From the sequence record PV636258.1: a stretch of DNA of 64,000 nucleotides; one strand, written 5' to 3'. The stretch is from a phage. Positions 1 to 10,253 of this stretch are shown here, in pieces. The notes beneath the pieces are model-generated. The model worked only from the letters and a program-made list of their open reading frames with translations. It searched no databases and was not told the origin of the DNA. A program made the translations under genes and the position numbers. Within the stretch, counting starts at the first letter, position 1, and each line of letters opens with the position of its first letter.

Positions 1-209
1 CTTTTCATGCGCCACCGATATCTGGCGGGTTTCGTTCTGTAAAGGGTGATCCATGGGATACGCGTTCAGGTCAATCCTTGTTGTCTAAAGGTCTGATCGA
101 ACCTGCGTTTACAATGGTTCACGACAACTCTGAAGAGTATAAGCATTGGCCGAAGTCTGAAGTAACATTCTATAGGCTTACAGACCTCGGTAAAGCATGT
201 ACTGAATAA
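1..209 (+). CDS. 3' end of an upstream gene, product unknown (5'-truncated by window edge)
   Basis: Reading frame 3 is open from the window edge to TAA at 207-209; a hairpin terminator follows. Confidence 0.35.
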   Translation, partial: FHAPPISGGFRSVKGDPWDTRSGQSLLSKGLIEPAFTMVHDNSEEYKHWPKSEVTFYRLTDLGKACTE

Positions 210-230
210 TATTTTAGGTTATTGAAGAAA

Positions 231-249
231 GGGGAAGGTATACTTCCCC
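231..249 (+). terminator. Stem-loop (GGGGAAG-GTATA-CTTCCCC) followed by T-rich tract
   Basis: Perfect 7-bp inverted repeat read directly, then TTAATTTATT. Confidence 0.45.
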
Positions 250-272
250 TTAATTTATTGGGAGAGACAAAC

Positions 273-590
273 ATGATTTCATTAAAAGAAATGTACGAAC
301 GCCTCGAAGAACTGAAATCTAAAGAACGTCTGTATTCAGAAGAGAATGCAGAAATGTCAGATCTTATCGAAAAAATTGCGTTGCGTGAAAAGTATCTTCA
401 ACGTTATATCAATCATCCACCTCATATGGTTGAGCGCATGTCTACAATTCTCGAATTGGACAGCAGCGGTGTAACAGGCAAAGACCTGATTGTCAAAGAG
501 GTTCATTCCATGGTGTCACTCGGTCAGATCTTTGGCCGCGCCGACCAGGATGACATGATCTTTTTACTTGAAAAGGCTCTGGTAAAATAA
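273..590 (+). CDS. Hypothetical protein
   Basis: ATG at 273 preceded by GGGAGAG; the track ORF start at 222 is TTG and overlaps the hairpin; stop overlaps next start (TAATG). Confidence 0.5.
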   Translation: MISLKEMYERLEELKSKERLYSEENAEMSDLIEKIALREKYLQRYINHPPHMVERMSTILELDSSGVTGKDLIVKEVHSMVSLGQIFGRADQDDMIFLLEKALVK

Positions 591-1111
591 TGGCTATCAA
601 ACCACGAATGATGTTCGCCCATATGCGATCAGCTGCAGCATATGGTGTAACCAGTTATGCTCGGCGTCTGCAAGTCGGTTGTGTTATCGTAAACCCTGAA
701 ACTGATCAGCCTGTGGCTATCGGATGGAACGGAACGCCTCCTGGCATGCCGAATGTTTGTGAGATGGAACAACACGGGCAAATTGTTACAAACCCGCGTG
801 TCATTCATGCGGAGGAAAATGCTCTAATGCGTATCCCCGAAAATGCAGATGATTTCACAGGGTTGGTTATGTTTGTGACACATAGCCCATGCCCTGATTG
901 CACTCAGAAGATCATCGACAACGGCAAGATCGATAAAGTATATTATCAAGAGCCATATCGTATCATGGATGGAATCAAAATATTGATGAACTCCGGAATT
1001 GAAGTTTACCGGATGGTGGGCGATATGGCAATCCTTAAACACGTTTTCGACGATCAAGGCGAAGTCGGATACGAACAAATCTTATCCAACCCAGACAAAG
1101 TAAGGAATTAA
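590..1111 (+). CDS. cd: dCMP deaminase (deoxycytidylate deaminase)
   Basis: Cytidine/dCMP deaminase zinc motifs HAEENA and PCPDC in a 173-aa protein; ATG start. Confidence 0.85.
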   Translation: MAIKPRMMFAHMRSAAAYGVTSYARRLQVGCVIVNPETDQPVAIGWNGTPPGMPNVCEMEQHGQIVTNPRVIHAEENALMRIPENADDFTGLVMFVTHSPCPDCTQKIIDNGKIDKVYYQEPYRIMDGIKILMNSGIEVYRMVGDMAILKHVFDDQGEVGYEQILSNPDKVRN

Positions 1112-1112
1112 A

Positions 1113-1520
1113 ATGCGTTATGTAGACCGCATGCTCGGCGAAAATGAACATGTCATCGCTTTCACCCGCCCGACTTGGTGGAGCGGTTTTTGGATTTATG
1201 TTCTGGTTATTTTAACGATTATCCCAACATTTGGATTCAGCTTGTTATTTCTGATACCAACAATTTTAAATGTGTTGACAACTGAATTCGCAGTCACCAA
1301 CAAGCGTGTTATTGTCAAACGGGGATTTATTCGTCGTGATGCTGATGAACTCCGTCTTGGTAAAGTAGAAACCATTAAGGTGGACCAGTCTATTACAGGC
1401 CGTATCTTGAAGTTTTCGACCATCAGTGTTATTGGTACGGGCGGTACTCGCCTGTTGGCTACAGGTTGTGCTAAAGGGAACGAATTCCGTCAAAAAATTT
1501 ATGATCATCTGGGTGACTAA
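1113..1520 (+). CDS. Membrane protein, bacterial PH-like
   Basis: N-terminal hydrophobic hairpin (two predicted TM helices) then soluble domain; AAGGAA SD before ATG. Confidence 0.45.
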   Translation: MRYVDRMLGENEHVIAFTRPTWWSGFWIYVLVILTIIPTFGFSLLFLIPTILNVLTTEFAVTNKRVIVKRGFIRRDADELRLGKVETIKVDQSITGRILKFSTISVIGTGGTRLLATGCAKGNEFRQKIYDHLGD

Positions 1521-1739
1521 ATGATTACTGCAGGATACACCGTCGATTTGTATTGTGAGTGTGTTGAATGCAAATCTTGTAATTGGGCTTGGGAAGAACA
1601 TCACCCCAGATGTGGGATGAAGTCTTATGCTGGTGAATCTTGGGGAGACTGTGCTAGACAAGCCCGTGCTGATGGGTGGATGATATGCAGGGACAAACAA
1701 ACTTGCTTTGCCCCTGGACATCCAAGGAAATCAGGGTAA
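1521..1739 (+). CDS. Small Cys-rich protein (possible zinc-binding)
   Basis: 72 aa with several Cys including CECVECKSC; ATG start immediately after previous stop. Confidence 0.4.
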   Translation: MITAGYTVDLYCECVECKSCNWAWEEHHPRCGMKSYAGESWGDCARQARADGWMICRDKQTCFAPGHPRKSG

Positions 1740-2351
1740 TAACAAACCATCATCTTCCGATTGCGTTGGTTGTTTATTAGCAGTTTCCTTCTTCATTTGC
1801 TCTTTCAACGCATTAATCCTTTGAGCGCGGCGTCGATCTTCCATTTCGACTTCGCGCTTTTTCTTAGAACGAAGAGCAAATTGTTTTTTAACTTCTGGGT
1901 CTTCACCTGGCACCAAATGTTCTTCTGTCCAGATAATGAATTTCCAACCCACCTTTGCACAATGTTCTTTAGTTGCTGTCCACTTTGCCTGATTTACCAA
2001 CCAAGTGCGCATTGAATTATTGAATGTTGATTCCTTCATCGTTTTAGTTTTGCGAGGTTCTTTAATCTGGTCTTTGGGTTTTATTTCAATAAGAGTAATT
2101 TGTAATTCATCGGAATCCTGCCGACGAGTCCAAACCTTCAAATCCATGAAATAACGATGGGCGCGGCCATCAACCGGAGATATGTAAGGGATTACACAAG
2201 TTTCCGAACCCCACTTCACGATAGCAGGATTCATGTCACAGAATTTGAATGCAACCAATTCTAAAGAGGAACGAAACACGATATCTTTTACGTCTCCGAC
2301 ATATTTTTGAGGATTTACGGGGACATACTTCCCCTGCAAATACATAGCCAT
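1731..2351 (-). CDS. gp4-like head completion protein (PD-(D/E)xK-like N-terminal domain)
   Basis: Pattern FRSSLEL...VKW.SE...IPY...HRYF.D...IEIKPK resembles the T4 gp4/gp50/gp65 family as recalled; AGGA SD. Confidence 0.5.
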   Translation of the reverse strand: MAMYLQGKYVPVNPQKYVGDVKDIVFRSSLELVAFKFCDMNPAIVKWGSETCVIPYISPVDGRAHRYFMDLKVWTRRQDSDELQITLIEIKPKDQIKEPRKTKTMKESTFNNSMRTWLVNQAKWTATKEHCAKVGWKFIIWTEEHLVPGEDPEVKKQFALRSKKKREVEMEDRRRAQRINALKEQMKKETANKQPTQSEDDGLLLP

Positions 2352-2404
2352 ATTCTAGTCCTAAATAGTGTCATCACTCTATTCTAATTAAAGGGCTTCA
2401 GACC

Positions 2405-3373
2405 ATGGCGAATTTCAAGTCGACCATCGATAAGATCAAAGTTCTGAACACAAAAGGCTTGGCCAAGTCTCAGAAGCAATTGGTCTATCCATTAGACATA
2501 ACAGGGGGTAAAACCCTGGGCCATTATGTTCTATTCAACATCAACCGAATATCTGGTTCTTCATATGGGGACACCACAACCCAAACCGTCGAAAATCCGA
2601 TACAAAATCCATTGGGTAAGACTCCTGTGGTTTATGGTTCTAAATCGGGGTCTATTAGCAAATATGCTTGGGCGCGTCATGTCCGCTCTAACGAGTCAAT
2701 CGTGTTGTGTATGCCCGAATCCATTACAACCAACTATGGCGTTGGTTGGAACGGCTCCGAGTTGGGATTAGCAGGTATGGGTGCCCAATTCTTATCACGC
2801 GCCGCCCAAGATATGAGTCAATTCAAACTTGGGGATGCTTTGAATGTTGGGAAAGAAATGGGGAGATTTGCGGCAACAAAGGCCATTCAATCTGCTTCGG
2901 AAGCAATTCCTTTCTTGCCGACAATTAATGCTCATGATACATTAGAATTGTTTACAGGTACGATGACCAACCCGTATGTGGAAATGATTTTCCAAGGGGT
3001 GCGCAACCGAGAAATCCCGTTCACATTCAAATTCACTCCAAGATCGCAAAAAGAGGCGAAAATGGTGCGGGAGATTATCCGTTTATTCAAGATGCACATG
3101 TATCCAGAATACAAATACAACAAGAATTCCAGCGCATTCTATCTTCATCCATCCACGTTTGATATCACGTTCATGGTCCAGGGAGAACGCAACAAATGGT
3201 TGCATCGGATATCGACTTGCGTCCTATCAAATATGTTTGTCAACGAGACGCCTGACTCTTCATATGCTGTACACAAAGATGACAGCATCGTGTCGACACA
3301 AATCGACATGACGTTTATAGAACTAGAACCGTTGCACAAAGGCCGCTTTGATACCGAAGGCGACAGCTTCTAA
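2405..3373 (+). CDS. Hypothetical protein, possible virion/baseplate-tail junction component
   Basis: 322-aa ORF in a plus-strand block divergent from the gp4-like gene; beta-rich composition; function inferred from position only. Confidence 0.4.
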   Translation: MANFKSTIDKIKVLNTKGLAKSQKQLVYPLDITGGKTLGHYVLFNINRISGSSYGDTTTQTVENPIQNPLGKTPVVYGSKSGSISKYAWARHVRSNESIVLCMPESITTNYGVGWNGSELGLAGMGAQFLSRAAQDMSQFKLGDALNVGKEMGRFAATKAIQSASEAIPFLPTINAHDTLELFTGTMTNPYVEMIFQGVRNREIPFTFKFTPRSQKEAKMVREIIRLFKMHMYPEYKYNKNSSAFYLHPSTFDITFMVQGERNKWLHRISTCVLSNMFVNETPDSSYAVHKDDSIVSTQIDMTFIELEPLHKGRFDTEGDSF

Positions 3374-3386
3374 GGAGAAAGATGCC

Positions 3387-3944
3387 ATGAAATATTTTGA
3401 GAAATTTCCACTCGTGTGGCATCAACTAATTGGTGTCAAAGAGGATGACCAAGTCCTGTTGCAGAACTTAACACGACGGGTTATGGTTGTTAAGAAAATT
3501 AGGGACATAGAAGGGCTTCTCCTGCCGTATACTGTTTTTGATGGGGAAACCCCAAGGTCTTTTGCCGAACGCGTCTACGGTTCCTTCGAGCTGTTTTGGA
3601 TCCCATGTCTTATCAATGGTATCATGGACATCGCAGAGGACTGGCCAAAACCAGAGCGCCGTATCATTGAAGAACTGACGGCTCGATACGGCCTTGACGG
3701 AATGTGGGATGTGAAATACTATGTTGACGAATTCGGTCATGAAACAGATCCTAGAGCAATACGTTTAGCATATGGCCTTGGTTCTATGGATGATTCCACG
3801 ATTATCGCCAACTATGGTCTGACAGGTATTACATATCATGATGATGCTATAAACAAAAACGAAGCCAAACGGAATATTCAGGTTCTAGACCCAGATTATG
3901 TTTCTTCCTTTGTTAATCAGCTGGAACAGGAGCTGACCAAATGA
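3387..3944 (+). CDS. Hypothetical protein
   Basis: ATG at 3387 with AAGGAG SD 9 nt upstream; the track start at 3348 is TTG. Confidence 0.45.
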   Translation: MKYFEKFPLVWHQLIGVKEDDQVLLQNLTRRVMVVKKIRDIEGLLLPYTVFDGETPRSFAERVYGSFELFWIPCLINGIMDIAEDWPKPERRIIEELTARYGLDGMWDVKYYVDEFGHETDPRAIRLAYGLGSMDDSTIIANYGLTGITYHDDAINKNEAKRNIQVLDPDYVSSFVNQLEQELTK

Positions 3945-5329
3945 TCGAAAATAAAGAATCCCAGGACGGAATTTTAACTCCGTCCACAACATTTGATTTG
4001 AAATATATGGCGATATTACCACACACGCCTGAAGGCGGTACTCCCAAGCCTTATGACCTTTCATCGTTGTTTCAAGAATTCAACGTATATCAGGATCTTG
4101 GTCTGGAAGGGAATGCTTCACCGTCGCTGACAGCTAATATTCTGATCAAAGAAGGCTGGGATATATTGGATACAATGCCAATCCTCGGAGGTGAGGAAGT
4201 AGTGGTATCGTTCAAATCTCCTGCAGCTTCTGATTACACTACGCTTTCATTGCGAGTCAGTCGGGTAGGAAGAGTTGCTGATGAATCGAACTCTTCTTCG
4301 AAAAAGGCATTCTGGTTACACTTGGTAACAACAGACGCGTATCGAGATAGCATGTTGCGTAAATCTCTTGGATTAAGCGGTTCTTATTCTGAGATGGCAG
4401 CTAAGATCTTTGAGCAACTGAATTCACGCACCAAATTTGAAGACATAGATCCTTCATATGGGATACAAGAAAGGTTCGCTACCCCTCTTTGGCCTGTACT
4501 CCGCTCCATAGATTATATGGCCAGCCGTGCATATGACGAATTATTCATGCCGTTCGTTTTCTATGAAGACTTTACGGGTTATCACTTCAAAAGCATGACG
4601 ACGTTGTTCAACCAGGGCAACCAGTCTATGACTGCTGAAGAGAAGCAAGAGGCTTCTATTGAAAAGAAATTCTTCCGAGACCCTCAAGACGCGCCGTTGA
4701 TGCAGGATAACAATTTCAACTCAGAACGTTTCATGCGGACTATAATCAAGGCTGAAAAGAAACTGGCGCGTGATCAATACATGGCGAATTATCGGGATAT
4801 CTTGGCAGTGAACGAGCGCGTGTATGACTTTAGTACAAAATCCACGACAGCGACCCAACGCATTTATTCAGAATGGTTTGACAGCACTGCTCACCTTGAT
4901 CCTTTCCCTTTGTTCTCTGATCAATTCGACCGCGAGAACGTTAGGTACATTGAAGCGCAACCGGATGGTGCCGAACAAATAGATTACGCACGACGCGTTA
5001 TAGAATTCAGCCTCGCGTCAACGGTTATGCGTTTGCTGGTCGTGGGGGATAACCGTCTGAATGTTGGGCAGGTTTATTATATTGAAGATTTGTCGAACCG
5101 CCCGAAATCTAATGAAAACATTGCCGAGTTAAGTAAGTTATCAACAGGCCATTATATCGTCACAAAGATACGCCACAAGATTTCACGCCTGACAAATGAT
5201 TATCAATGCGTCGCTGAGATTGCCAAAGATAGTATGATCCAGAAGGTCTTACCGCCTCAGACTGGTCAAACTGTGGCTTCTACACCAACTCCGACGCCAA
5301 TAGAGAAAGGACAAGCCCAGAAGGTCTGA
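3941..5329 (+). CDS. Hypothetical protein (462 aa), possible structural
   Basis: ATG overlapping previous stop (ATGA); no motif recognised. Confidence 0.45.
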   Translation: MIENKESQDGILTPSTTFDLKYMAILPHTPEGGTPKPYDLSSLFQEFNVYQDLGLEGNASPSLTANILIKEGWDILDTMPILGGEEVVVSFKSPAASDYTTLSLRVSRVGRVADESNSSSKKAFWLHLVTTDAYRDSMLRKSLGLSGSYSEMAAKIFEQLNSRTKFEDIDPSYGIQERFATPLWPVLRSIDYMASRAYDELFMPFVFYEDFTGYHFKSMTTLFNQGNQSMTAEEKQEASIEKKFFRDPQDAPLMQDNNFNSERFMRTIIKAEKKLARDQYMANYRDILAVNERVYDFSTKSTTATQRIYSEWFDSTAHLDPFPLFSDQFDRENVRYIEAQPDGAEQIDYARRVIEFSLASTVMRLLVVGDNRLNVGQVYYIEDLSNRPKSNENIAELSKLSTGHYIVTKIRHKISRLTNDYQCVAEIAKDSMIQKVLPPQTGQTVASTPTPTPIEKGQAQKV

Positions 5330-5339
5330 GAGGTGACAA

Positions 5340-7280
5340 ATGGCAGATAACAATCAACCGACACCAGGGCAGCAAGACATCGTCAAGGTTTTGGATAAAA
5401 TCAAAAAAGAAATGATGGAGCGCAAGCAATTGCGCGCCCAATCCGAGACGAATAAACAGCTCGCAGATGTCAACAAACAACTGCAATCTCTGAAGACACG
5501 CCAGGCGTCTAATCAGGAGCAGAAAGTACCGCCAATTAAATTCCCATCGGTGAATGACATCGTCGGTGGGTTCGTTCGCGTTAGTCCTATTTTCACAAGG
5601 GACTATAGCACGTGGATGAAAGACACTGTCAGCCTTTCCAAGGACGGAAATGAAGAACTGATGCGAATCGCAACCAAAATAGAAAAATTTGGCGAAGCGG
5701 CGAATGGTCCTGTTGATGATATGTCTGTTGAATATCTTGACATGATATCAGATCAATTGGGCGCGGCCAACGAAGATAGTCTTGAACGCCTTGATGGATT
5801 AAAGGATAAGCTGGCGTTGGTCGGAGGGGAGATCGTAAACCTGACTGACATAATGCTTCAAACGCATAAGGACACGCTGGATTTCAATAAAGATGCCAGT
5901 AACGAAACTGTTACCCGCCTCGACAGCATTGATGACAAATTGGGATACATGAACGAAGATCTTAATGATACTCTGACACGTATCTATGAAAGTGATCAAA
6001 AATATAGAGAAGAAGAGAAATTCCGTCGTGGCGAAGAAGGTAAGGAAAACAAGAACAACCCAGAGGCTGGTTCTATCCCTCCGTCTGAGCCTAAACAAGA
6101 TGGTCAATCTTCTGGGTTAGGCGCGGCGCTGGGGGCACTCCTTGGACTGGGTGCGTTAAAACTCCTGATGTCCCCATTAAAACTTGTTGGTGGCTTCATT
6201 AAATTATTCATGGGGTTTGGTGCTGGGATCGGCGGGTTGCTTGCGCCTCTGAAAGCAGCAACCAAGATGCTTCGAGTTGGACCTCTGGCGTTAATAACAT
6301 CTGTATTTGAATTCGGTAAAGGTTTCTTTAATGCTAAAGAAATCCTTGGTAAAGCGCAAGTATCGATCGTTGATCGGGTTCAGGCAGGGATAACAGAGCT
6401 GGTCGGTAGTTTCGGGGATCTCGCTGATTGGGTTGCTGAAATATTCGGATGGAACAATGCTGGGTTTGGAAAGGCGTTCCGTGAACAAGTGCTGAAAATG
6501 ACCGAAGCGCCCGTGCGTTGGTTGAACTCGATTGTTGATTGGGTCACCAACGATTTGTTTGCGGGTATCGGGAAGAGTACATCACTGACCGAAATCCCTG
6601 GTAAACTTGCAGACAACTTACAAGGCCAATTGATAAAATTGGTTGATTGGGTAACGGGCGGAATATCAGGATTGATTGATGATGGCATGGCGGCTGCAAA
6701 TAAAGTCGTTGAAGATATGAAGAAAGGATTTGCGGAAAACGTGAAGAAACCATTCTTTAATATGTTGAATGCCATAACCAATGCCATGTTTGATATCGTG
6801 GATAAATTCGTGAGTATCATACCTGATGCTCTGGGTGGTGAAGCAGCCAGGAACAAAATGGCGGAAGCAAGACAGTCTATGCTAATCAGCCAAGACGATA
6901 AGGCTCCTGAGAATGCGTCTACGCCGCCAAGCAGTCAATCACCAGCACAACCCAATGCCAATATCAGCACGTTAACTCCGATGCCTTCTGGGGTGTCCTC
7001 AGACGCTGTCAACGTTACGGATAGAACTTCACAATTGAAAGACGCATACGCGGGAATTGGGGGAGGTACTCTGGGCGGGGCTTATCCGGTTCAAGGAAGA
7101 GCAGCCAATAACATCGAAGAAGTTAAATCCGCCTATGCTAACCCGCCAGCCAGTGTTGTGGTTCCAGTACAACAAAATGTGGACAACTCGAAGAAAGTCA
7201 GTACGACGAACAACTTCAATAGTTCACAGTTGGAGCCGTCCAACCGTACTGATACAGGGCGCATTCTCTGGGATTGGTAA
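5340..7280 (+). CDS. Large coiled-coil protein with central Gly-rich hydrophobic segments (tape-measure-like or membrane-active protein)
   Basis: 646 aa; N-terminal heptad-like repeats rich in D/E/L/K; central stretch GLGAALGALLGLGALKLL...GFGAGIGGLLAPL; GAGAGGTGA SD. Confidence 0.5.
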   Translation: MADNNQPTPGQQDIVKVLDKIKKEMMERKQLRAQSETNKQLADVNKQLQSLKTRQASNQEQKVPPIKFPSVNDIVGGFVRVSPIFTRDYSTWMKDTVSLSKDGNEELMRIATKIEKFGEAANGPVDDMSVEYLDMISDQLGAANEDSLERLDGLKDKLALVGGEIVNLTDIMLQTHKDTLDFNKDASNETVTRLDSIDDKLGYMNEDLNDTLTRIYESDQKYREEEKFRRGEEGKENKNNPEAGSIPPSEPKQDGQSSGLGAALGALLGLGALKLLMSPLKLVGGFIKLFMGFGAGIGGLLAPLKAATKMLRVGPLALITSVFEFGKGFFNAKEILGKAQVSIVDRVQAGITELVGSFGDLADWVAEIFGWNNAGFGKAFREQVLKMTEAPVRWLNSIVDWVTNDLFAGIGKSTSLTEIPGKLADNLQGQLIKLVDWVTGGISGLIDDGMAAANKVVEDMKKGFAENVKKPFFNMLNAITNAMFDIVDKFVSIIPDALGGEAARNKMAEARQSMLISQDDKAPENASTPPSSQSPAQPNANISTLTPMPSGVSSDAVNVTDRTSQLKDAYAGIGGGTLGGAYPVQGRAANNIEEVKSAYANPPASVVVPVQQNVDNSKKVSTTNNFNSSQLEPSNRTDTGRILWDW

Positions 7281-7943
7281 TTAAATTCCGTGGGCAAGGA
7301 TTAGCTCACGGAGTTTTCCTTTTGTGTATTCTGTGTTTTCATCAGGAACAACTGAATTGGTTTTCTTTAATAAAAAAGACTCAGAGTTCCAATAGATGTC
7401 ATCCTTGAGTATTGTATCATATAAATGGATGAAACCCACTACTTTATTCAATCCAACGAGAAACCAAATTGGATAGCGTTTAACAATAATATCTGTCAGT
7501 AAAGGTGGATGCCCATTACCATTTCCTTTGATATATTGGATAAAATTCACGCCTCTTTCTTTTATCTCAGGGATCATATATCTCTCAAAATGTTCAAGAA
7601 AATTATATGAGAAGTTGTCATACAGGCGGCGATATTCATTATAATTTTCTTGGGCCTGTCTTGTAAGTAATGTTGTCACCCACGTCTTTGGTGATTTAAC
7701 AAAGTTGGCAATAATATAATTTTCCACCACTTCACCTTGGGACGATTCGAACCGACGAGCAAGTTTAGCAAATTGTTTGGCCACGCCCTGTTTAGAATAG
7801 AACGTTTCAAACTTGTAATTGTTCATCGGTCCATACAGGCCATAATCAAAGTCTTTTGTGGTGAAATGCAATTTGATCGCCATATAGATGCAATAAACGT
7901 TGAATGCCCTTTCATATTGCATTTTCTCCCACTCAGTTATCAT
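7281..7943 (-). CDS. gp59-like helicase loading protein (tentative)
   Basis: 220 aa; N-terminal pattern Y.IYMAIKLH...Y resembles T4 gp59 as recalled, and size matches (T4 217 aa). Confidence 0.4.
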   Translation of the reverse strand: MITEWEKMQYERAFNVYCIYMAIKLHFTTKDFDYGLYGPMNNYKFETFYSKQGVAKQFAKLARRFESSQGEVVENYIIANFVKSPKTWVTTLLTRQAQENYNEYRRLYDNFSYNFLEHFERYMIPEIKERGVNFIQYIKGNGNGHPPLLTDIIVKRYPIWFLVGLNKVVGFIHLYDTILKDDIYWNSESFLLKKTNSVVPDENTEYTKGKLRELILAHGI

Positions 7944-8086
7944 GGAGTTTCTCCTTGCGTTTCTGTCTTTGAAGTCGGTGACGTTCTGAGCAAAACTGGT
8001 AGTACTCAGACAGCAATCCTTTCTCCTTTATAAAGAGAATGGCGTTTCGAAAAGCAATTCCAATCTTGGCATATGACGGCGGATTT

Positions 8087-8350
8087 TTACCAACCACGTG
8101 ATCTCTCCTCTGATTTAACGAAACGTTGAAACTCTTCTGTTTTTCCTTGGCGATGAATAAACACCAACGCCAAAATAAAACGACGGAATGATTTTGGGAT
8201 AAGACGATAGCCGTTGGTCCAATTATAAACGACATCAGAACAATTCATCATCTTCATCATTTGCAATTCAGAAACTCCCAACTCCCGCATAATGGTTAAG
8301 AGATGTAATGAGTCATTATTCTTTCTTGGTTGTTTGTCAACAAGTTTCAT
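8087..8350 (-). CDS. Hypothetical protein
   Basis: 87-aa ORF with ATG start; preferred over the overlapping W/C-rich 7933..8235 ORF. Confidence 0.35.
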   Translation of the reverse strand: MKLVDKQPRKNNDSLHLLTIMRELGVSELQMMKMMNCSDVVYNWTNGYRLIPKSFRRFILALVFIHRQGKTEEFQRFVKSEERSRGW

Positions 8351-8427
8351 AATAACACCTGGTAATGATTTCTTGGAATTATACTGCTACTGTCTTTATT
8401 GAATGGGGTTCCGAAGAACCCCAATTT

Positions 8428-9855
8428 TCATGCCGCTTCCAACAACACCAAAATATTTTCGATATATGCTTTCTGGATAGCATAGACTTCAGCCAGTGTA
8501 TTAGCGACTTTCTTGTCTGTGCGTACTTCAACGAGACGTGGAAGGAATAGAGACTTCATGGCGTCATCGGTTTTATCCTGTACGCCATTAGAGAGCACGG
8601 CGGCAATCTTACCAATGAAGTCCTCTTGGTTTTCCCACATTCGTAGTCTCAACTCATCTGAGATCCCCGATACGCCAACAACTAAGAGGCCATCAGAGGT
8701 CTTGCAGAGGAGAGATCCAAATGTCTTGGCGTGCTTCCCTTTCTTATCGGCCTCGTTGAAGCCAACGATTTCAAGGTCACATTCTACTTCCATTTTTAGC
8801 TTTAACCCTTCAGATGATGTTCCATCTTCCCAAGGCATATCTGCGGCCTTACAAATCGTGCCTTCTTCCCGACGAGCCAAAGCGTCTTTGAAGTGTTCGA
8901 CAGCTTCTTCAAATGAATGAACAACACGGGTTTCTTGAACCTGAACCAGTCCGTCATCCCCTTCGAACAACTGTTGTATGATATCAAAACGGCGCTCATA
9001 TGGGGTGTCCACACGCTGAGCATTGAACCAATTATCATACGGCACAACGTCCCATACCCGATAGATCACCTTGTAACGATCTTCCAGGGGTTCACCCGTT
9101 TGGATAACACTGTTGAGCTTACCATTGCCGATAGCCCGAGGCAACACTGTATTCGTTTTCAGATCAATGACGAGCAGTTCACCATGGAAGACGCTTTCAC
9201 CAATCCCCGCATCGTAGATCAGGTCTTTGAAAACCAATGATAGGTTATCAACGGAACCACCCGCAATAAGAGAACCGGAACGAGAACGAATCTCTGGGTC
9301 TCTTCCATAACGACAGATGATGTTGGCAAACATGCCATCTGACTTCAGCTGGCTGAAGACGCCGCGCTTGAAGTCCATCTTCTTCAGCAAGTCAATCGTC
9401 ATGTTATCATAACGGTGATATGGAAGGATATTAATCAGACGCCCTGTACCACCTGCTGCGTTGAATGCTGCGTTTATACCTTTCTCGGCAATTCCCGCTT
9501 TGATGTCTCTGTCGAGTATAATTTGTATCAGGGTACGGTAATCCGGATGGATGTTGGTTGCAGCCTTCGCAAGTTCTTGATCTGCCTTCATCCCACCGAT
9601 CTTGCGTTCGGCCATCATATCGAGAACATCATAAACCTGATCCCAGCTACCAACAACGCCGCGCGAGAGCATGCGAGGGAATGCGTTTAGATTGAATTGA
9701 GTGCGGTAATAAGAACGCATCGGGTCGTAGACGTATTGAAGGAAATCAACCAATTCTGGGTTGTTTCTGAACGCCTCGGTCAGCACAGCTTTCTTGGCGT
9801 TGGTGCCTTTGGTATCGCGAAGATTTTGAATTATTTCTAAAAGAGGAAGCATCAT
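8428..9855 (-). CDS. 30: ATP-dependent DNA ligase (T4 gp30-like)
   Basis: 475 aa; N-terminus MLPLLEIIQNL...TKGTNAKKAVL parallels the T4 ligase N-terminus; candidate adenylation lysine in KSDGM; GGAGAC SD. Confidence 0.8.
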   Translation of the reverse strand: MMLPLLEIIQNLRDTKGTNAKKAVLTEAFRNNPELVDFLQYVYDPMRSYYRTQFNLNAFPRMLSRGVVGSWDQVYDVLDMMAERKIGGMKADQELAKAATNIHPDYRTLIQIILDRDIKAGIAEKGINAAFNAAGGTGRLINILPYHRYDNMTIDLLKKMDFKRGVFSQLKSDGMFANIICRYGRDPEIRSRSGSLIAGGSVDNLSLVFKDLIYDAGIGESVFHGELLVIDLKTNTVLPRAIGNGKLNSVIQTGEPLEDRYKVIYRVWDVVPYDNWFNAQRVDTPYERRFDIIQQLFEGDDGLVQVQETRVVHSFEEAVEHFKDALARREEGTICKAADMPWEDGTSSEGLKLKMEVECDLEIVGFNEADKKGKHAKTFGSLLCKTSDGLLVVGVSGISDELRLRMWENQEDFIGKIAAVLSNGVQDKTDDAMKSLFLPRLVEVRTDKKVANTLAEVYAIQKAYIENILVLLEAA

Positions 9856-9913
9856 GTGTCTCCAGGGTTATTCGTCATGCTATTATAACCCTAGAGACTT
9901 CAATAGAATTATT

Positions 9914-10252
9914 CTAACTCCTTTCCTTGACAGAAGTGAAAGATTCTTTCCATCCTTTAAATTGTTCGGTCAGGGATTCTTTCCCCATTTCCCCATTGGA
10001 AACGCTATGGATATATGCAAATGCATCGTAACCATAACCAGGCATTGCTTCACAAATACGAAGAGAGACCAATGTTTCGCCAACAGAAACCAGATAATGA
10101 TCACGGCGATGGCTCAAAGGATAGTGATTGTCATGGAATTTGTCGATAACAACGCAGTTCTGGGGTTCGGCGTCAATTGCCAGCCCGTTGGCTTCGCTAC
10201 CGCCGCGCCCAAGGGTGCATCCTGGGAATAATGTTTCTACGAGTGTGGTCAT
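9914..10252 (-). CDS. Hypothetical protein
   Basis: 112-aa ORF on the strand of the flanking genes, ATG start. Confidence 0.35.
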   Translation of the reverse strand: MTTLVETLFPGCTLGRGGSEANGLAIDAEPQNCVVIDKFHDNHYPLSHRRDHYLVSVGETLVSLRICEAMPGYGYDAFAYIHSVSNGEMGKESLTEQFKGWKESFTSVKERS

Positions 10253-10253
10253 A

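Noticed and set aside
200-260. Minus-strand promoter following the hairpin at 231..249
   Set aside because: The minus-strand sequence after the hairpin has a TATTAT hexamer but no acceptable -35 element, and no minus-strand ORF follows within the window.
824-1721. Antisense ORFs 824..1078 and 1266..1721 (minus strand)
   Set aside because: They lie entirely within better-supported plus-strand genes (dCMP deaminase and neighbours), have odd composition and no SD; these are shadow ORFs.
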